A DNA stretch of 63,731 bases, the filler included, from a candidate division TA06 bacterium SM23_40 (lineage in GTDB: Bacteria; LJUI01; SM1-40), in NCBI GenBank assembly GCA_001303705.1. It is 7 parts of 7 records of this genome, joined end to end, with 100 filler letters (N's around TTAATTAATTAA, not from the genome) between each part and the next. Parts side by side here need not be neighbours in the genome. Positions count along the whole stretch, not along the records: positions 57,456 to 63,731 come from LJUI01000144.1; 6 more parts are not named here. The stretch is one strand, 5' to 3'. Positions 60,003 through 63,731 of the stretch are shown here, in pieces. The notes beneath the pieces are model-generated. The model searched no databases and was not told the DNA's origin. It worked only from the letters and a program-made list of their open reading frames with translations. Each line of letters opens with the position of its first letter. Positions within the stretch are counted from its first letter, which is position 1. A program made the position numbers and the translations under genes.

Positions 60003-61610
60003 ATGAGGTCTATCAAGAGGCATTGGCCTCTCATAGTGGCGGCGATCGTCCTCTGGTCGACAATAGCAGTATTGCTGCTCTCGTCTGTCACACAGAATCA
60101 TCGACATCTCGTCTACGCGCTCGATGACCCCTATATCCATATGGCTATCGCCAAGAACTTCTCCCAACACGGGGTCTGGGGCGCGACGAAGTATGAGTTC
60201 GGTTCACTATCATCCTCACCTCTCTGGACACTGATATTATCCTCGGTCTACTTCCTGTTCGGGGTAGACGAGGTGAGCCCGCTTGTCCTGAATCTAGTCT
60301 TCGCGACCCTCCTTTTGACGTTGTCATATATCCTCCTCAGAAGATCCGGACTGACTCCTTCTGCCCTGTTTCTGGTCCTGCTGCTGATGCTGTTTGCCAC
60401 CCCGCTTCCGGCAATCACCTTCTGTGGTCAGGAGCATATCCTGCATGCTCTCCTGGCGCTCCTCTTCGTTCATCTCTCGGCCAAGACACTCTCGACTGAA
60501 CGACCCGGGTCCTGCGGATTCATCACCCTCCTGATACTGGCACCTCTGGTGACAATGGTTCGCTATGAAGGATTATTTCTCCTGTTTGTCGTCTCTGTTC
60601 TGTTTGTCATGAGACGGCGGGTCTTCCATTCCTTGTCGCTGGGAGCAATCGGCGTTCTTCCGCTCTGCGCGTACGGCATACTATCGGTTCTGAATGGTTC
60701 GTATTTCTTGCCGAATCCAGTCCTACTGAAGGGGAACCTTCCTGATGTTTCCGGTCTCGAAGAAACGATCAAGAACCTCGCTCACTTCGTCTATCAGGCG
60801 GTCCGTGCTCCTCATATGCTCGTCCTCCTCTCCGTCGTCCTCATCCTCTTTCTCCACTCGTACAAAAGGCAGAGACAGATCTGGAGTTATCCCACCATCA
60901 TGAATACTATCTTCATTGTCACGACTGTCCTGCATATGCAGTTCGCTGGGATCGGCTGGTTCTATAGGTATGAAGCGTACCTTCTAGCCCTCGGGTTCTT
61001 TGTCATTGTCCGGGTAGGGTCTGACTACCTGCCGGCGAAGCGGTCAGTGGCGTTTGATGGGATCCTCTGGCCGAGTCATGCGGCGGCTGCACTGCTCGTT
61101 CTTCTCCTCGTTTCGCCGCTGGCCGAGAGGGCAGTCGTCTCCCTGATAAGAGTACCGCGCGCTACGACTAACATCTATCAACAGCAATACCAGATGGGAT
61201 TATTTCTCAGAGACTATTATGAGGGAGAGGCGGTCGCTGTGAATGACATCGGCGCCGTCAATTTCGTTGCGGATATCAGATGTCTGGATCTGTGGGGATT
61301 GGCGAGCATTGAGGTGGCGAGACTCAGACTGCGGAATGGTTACACGCAAGAGATGATGCGTGAATTGGTGAGAGAGAAGGGGGTCAAGATCGCGATACTG
61401 TACGACTCCTGGTACGGCGAGTACGGTGGAGTACCCTCAGAGTGGGTCAGGGTCGGGCAGTGGCAGATTCCCAACAGCGTCTTAGTCGATTCCCTCGTCT
61501 CCTTCTACGCGGTTGACCGGCTGGAGAGAGATGAGTTGGTGGAGAACCTGAGATCGTGCTCTTCCCAGCTCCCCAAAGAGATTGTACAGTCCGGGGAGTA
61601 CACCAGGTGA
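60003..61610 (+). CDS. GT-C fold integral membrane glycosyltransferase
   Basis: YALDDPYIHMAIAKN, SSSPLW, RYEG, many TM segments, NDIGAV, DLWGL. Confidence 0.78.
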   Translation: MRSIKRHWPLIVAAIVLWSTIAVLLLSSVTQNHRHLVYALDDPYIHMAIAKNFSQHGVWGATKYEFGSLSSSPLWTLILSSVYFLFGVDEVSPLVLNLVFATLLLTLSYILLRRSGLTPSALFLVLLLMLFATPLPAITFCGQEHILHALLALLFVHLSAKTLSTERPGSCGFITLLILAPLVTMVRYEGLFLLFVVSVLFVMRRRVFHSLSLGAIGVLPLCAYGILSVLNGSYFLPNPVLLKGNLPDVSGLEETIKNLAHFVYQAVRAPHMLVLLSVVLILFLHSYKRQRQIWSYPTIMNTIFIVTTVLHMQFAGIGWFYRYEAYLLALGFFVIVRVGSDYLPAKRSVAFDGILWPSHAAAALLVLLLVSPLAERAVVSLIRVPRATTNIYQQQYQMGLFLRDYYEGEAVAVNDIGAVNFVADIRCLDLWGLASIEVARLRLRNGYTQEMMRELVREKGVKIAILYDSWYGEYGGVPSEWVRVGQWQIPNSVLVDSLVSFYAVDRLERDELVENLRSCSSQLPKEIVQSGEYTR

Positions 61611-61653
61611 CGTGCTGTGGAGGAGTCCGGCTGGCGGTCCGGCGCCCCGGCTC

Positions 61654-62280
61654 CTACTTCCGTTCCCAGGTCACCCTGAAGTCTCGTGTCGTCTCCTCGA
61701 CCAACGTATCGACGAGCCTTCCGTACGCCTCCTCCGGGTCTTCTGCATCGAAGGTGAAGGTATCGCCGCCGAAGATACTGACGTGGCCCACGCGCTCCGT
61801 AGTGCTCGCGGAACTACTCCAGATCGATGCACCACTCACGGTCTCGACCATCTGCACGGCAAGCGAGGCATCCACCTCAGCCGCGAAGCTCAGGAACCCA
61901 AAGCCCGGGGTAATCGATATGTCCGGCCTTACATCAGAAACCAGGAGTTCCCCGGTAATGATCGTGTTGATCCCGCGTGTCTCTCCGAGCGCCTGGAATG
62001 CGGCCTGATCCAGCCGATCCCGGCCAACTTCTCTGAGAACTTCTGCCTCCGACCCGAGGTCTACGATACGCACCATGCCCTGGTCGCGGCGAGCCGCGTC
62101 CGTGAACTTCCTCGTTGCATGCGATGCGAGCCCGCCTTCGCTTGAGGAGGTGAACTCGATAATCCCGATGACTTCGTGTTGCACGAGGTCGATCCTGGGG
62201 GGGACCATGACCTTTGGTCCGCACCCCGCCGCGGCGGCCATCAGGGCAGCCACAATGCCCAGACTGAGTCCGTGTTTCAT
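61654..62280 (-). CDS. Lipoprotein (CsgG/LpoB-like alpha/beta fold)
   Basis: Lipobox AAG-C; IGIIEF, ALGETRGINTIITG, MVETVSGASIWS; AGGAG RBS. Confidence 0.7.
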   Translation of the reverse strand: MKHGLSLGIVAALMAAAAGCGPKVMVPPRIDLVQHEVIGIIEFTSSSEGGLASHATRKFTDAARRDQGMVRIVDLGSEAEVLREVGRDRLDQAAFQALGETRGINTIITGELLVSDVRPDISITPGFGFLSFAAEVDASLAVQMVETVSGASIWSSSASTTERVGHVSIFGGDTFTFDAEDPEEAYGRLVDTLVEETTRDFRVTWERK

Positions 62281-62626
62281 GCACGCGCTCCTTCTGATCG
62301 AGGGTTGAGGATTATTGGTTCGTGGTCCGGGTTCATCTTCTCCAGTCTCGCTCTCGTTGTCAACATCCTTTCTGCGTTGAGAGGAACAGCGCTTTTCTGA
62401 TCCGGGTCACGCATGGGAATCGTGTCGGGGATCCGGGCGGGTACGTAGGCGACAAGGCTTTTCAAATTGTCGCATGTGGATCGTTCACGTGATTCTTCAG
62501 CGACGGGCGCGACTGTAGAGGCAGGCTTCGGGTGGTGGTGTTCCAATGCTGCGGCGCGTGCCAAGTGCTAGTCTTCGAGACCGGTCGCGGAGGGCTGGGC
62601 GATGGTGACGGCAACTCTATATTATG

Positions 62627-63731
62627 CTATCGCACTATTACCATTCGCCTCGTTCCGCTGAAGTCACCAGCCTCGAGACGGCAGAAGTAGACGCCGCTGC
62701 TCACCCTGTGGCCCCGTCCGTCACGTCCGTCCCAGGTCATCCGATGGCGCCCTGCCGGGACCATCCCGGGCTCCAGTCTCCGCACAAGGGCGCCGCGGAT
62801 GTCATAGATGTTCAATGTGACCTGCGTCGGAGCCAGAAGCGAGTACGTGATCGTGGTCGTGGAGCGAAAGGGGTTGGGATAGTTCTGGGCGAGGTACTGA
62901 GATAGCGGGACGCCGAGATTCTCCTCCTCGCCCGTCACGCGGGTGACATCGGTGACGGTGATGTCGGTCTGCGTGGTGTCAGCGAGGGGCGGAAGGCCGT
63001 CATCGGTGGCGATGAACGTCACTACATAGAGGCCCGCCTGTTGGTACGTTGGAGTCCACTCGAAGACACCCGTGACCGAGTCGAGGACAGCTCCCGTCGG
63101 TAGGTCGGGAGACGAGAAGGAGATAGTATCGCCGTCGGGATCGGTCGCCATCAGGGTGAAGGTGAGATACTGATTCTCGGCGACCGTGGTGTCGGCCTGA
63201 TCGAGCAAGTCAGGTGGACGGTTCACATCGCCCACGGTGATAATGGTCTGTTCGGTATCGGCGAGGGCAGGGGTGCCCCAATCAGTGGCAATGAAGGTGG
63301 TCGGATAGTTGCCCGCCTGGCCGTATGTTGGAGTCCACTCGAAGAGACCCGTGACCGAGTCGAGGACAGCTCCCGTCGGTAGGTCGGGAGACGAGAAGGA
63401 GATAGTATCGCCGTCGGGATCGGTCGCCACCAGGGTGAAGGTGAGATACTGATTCTCGGCGACCGTGGTGTCGGCCTGATCGAGCAAGTCAGGCGGTCCG
63501 TTCACATCCGTCACGGTGATGGTGGTCTGTTCCGTATCTGCCAGTGCCGGGGGGCCATTGTCGGTGGCGATGAAGGTAGTCAGGTGGTTACCGGCTTGTG
63601 CATAGGTCGGAGTCCACTCGAAGACGCCTGACGCCGAGTTCAGCGTAGCTCCGGCGGGCAAATCGGGAGATGAGTAGGAGATGCTGTCACCGTCGGGATC
63701 GGTCGCCACCAGGGTGAAGGTGAGATACTGG
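62627..63731 (-). CDS. Putative-Ig repeat protein with FlgD-Ig CTD (5' partial)
   Basis: 3x 93-aa ATDPDGD..SFSSPDLP.GA...FEWTPTY repeats, QNYPNPF CTD; paralogous to the tail of 11594-13681. Confidence 0.9.
   Translation of the reverse strand, partial: QYLTFTLVATDPDGDSISYSSPDLPAGATLNSASGVFEWTPTYAQAGNHLTTFIATDNGPPALADTEQTTITVTDVNGPPDLLDQADTTVAENQYLTFTLVATDPDGDTISFSSPDLPTGAVLDSVTGLFEWTPTYGQAGNYPTTFIATDWGTPALADTEQTIITVGDVNRPPDLLDQADTTVAENQYLTFTLMATDPDGDTISFSSPDLPTGAVLDSVTGVFEWTPTYQQAGLYVVTFIATDDGLPPLADTTQTDITVTDVTRVTGEEENLGVPLSQYLAQNYPNPFRSTTTITYSLLAPTQVTLNIYDIRGALVRRLEPGMVPAGRHRMTWDGRDGRGHRVSSGVYFCRLEAGDFSGTRRMVIVR

Noticed and set aside
62547-62564. sigma54 promoter TGGCACGCGCCGCAGCA upstream of the 61654-62280 lipoprotein
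   Set aside because: GG to GC spacing is 12, not the required 10.

Overview
The window is not one locus. It is seven assembly contigs joined by 100-nt N/TTAATTAATTAA linkers, so gene order across linkers means nothing. The DNA is GC-rich and comes from a diderm bacterium. PorV-like barrels, many FlgD-Ig/CTD-tailed secreted proteins and a gingipain-like protein suggest an FCB-affiliated candidate-phylum MAG (inference). Housekeeping content: a large ADP-heptose/LPS-core cluster with six GT9 heptosyltransferases, corA, nrdJ (NrdR boxes), purA, a dnaE 3' end, rdgB and three tRNAs (Arg-TCG, Pro-TGG, Lys-TTT). Accessory content: a kinase-STAND-TPR gene, a tyrosine-integrase region on the 5' side of tRNA-Arg, an IS256 next to a HEPN-motif gene fragment, a nonsense-interrupted IS110, and IS1202-type ends. 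Most notable signals: (1) two IS1202/ISNCY-type right ends, one on an 88-bp MITE with a 16-bp target duplication, each exactly 16 bp upstream of a TTGACT -35 box, suggesting promoter-targeted transposition; (2) a structured ~180-nt IS110 leader whose two 8-nt segments match both strands of the element's far boundary (bridge-RNA candidate); (3) a hierarchical 38/39-bp non-coding tandem array right after tRNA-Pro.
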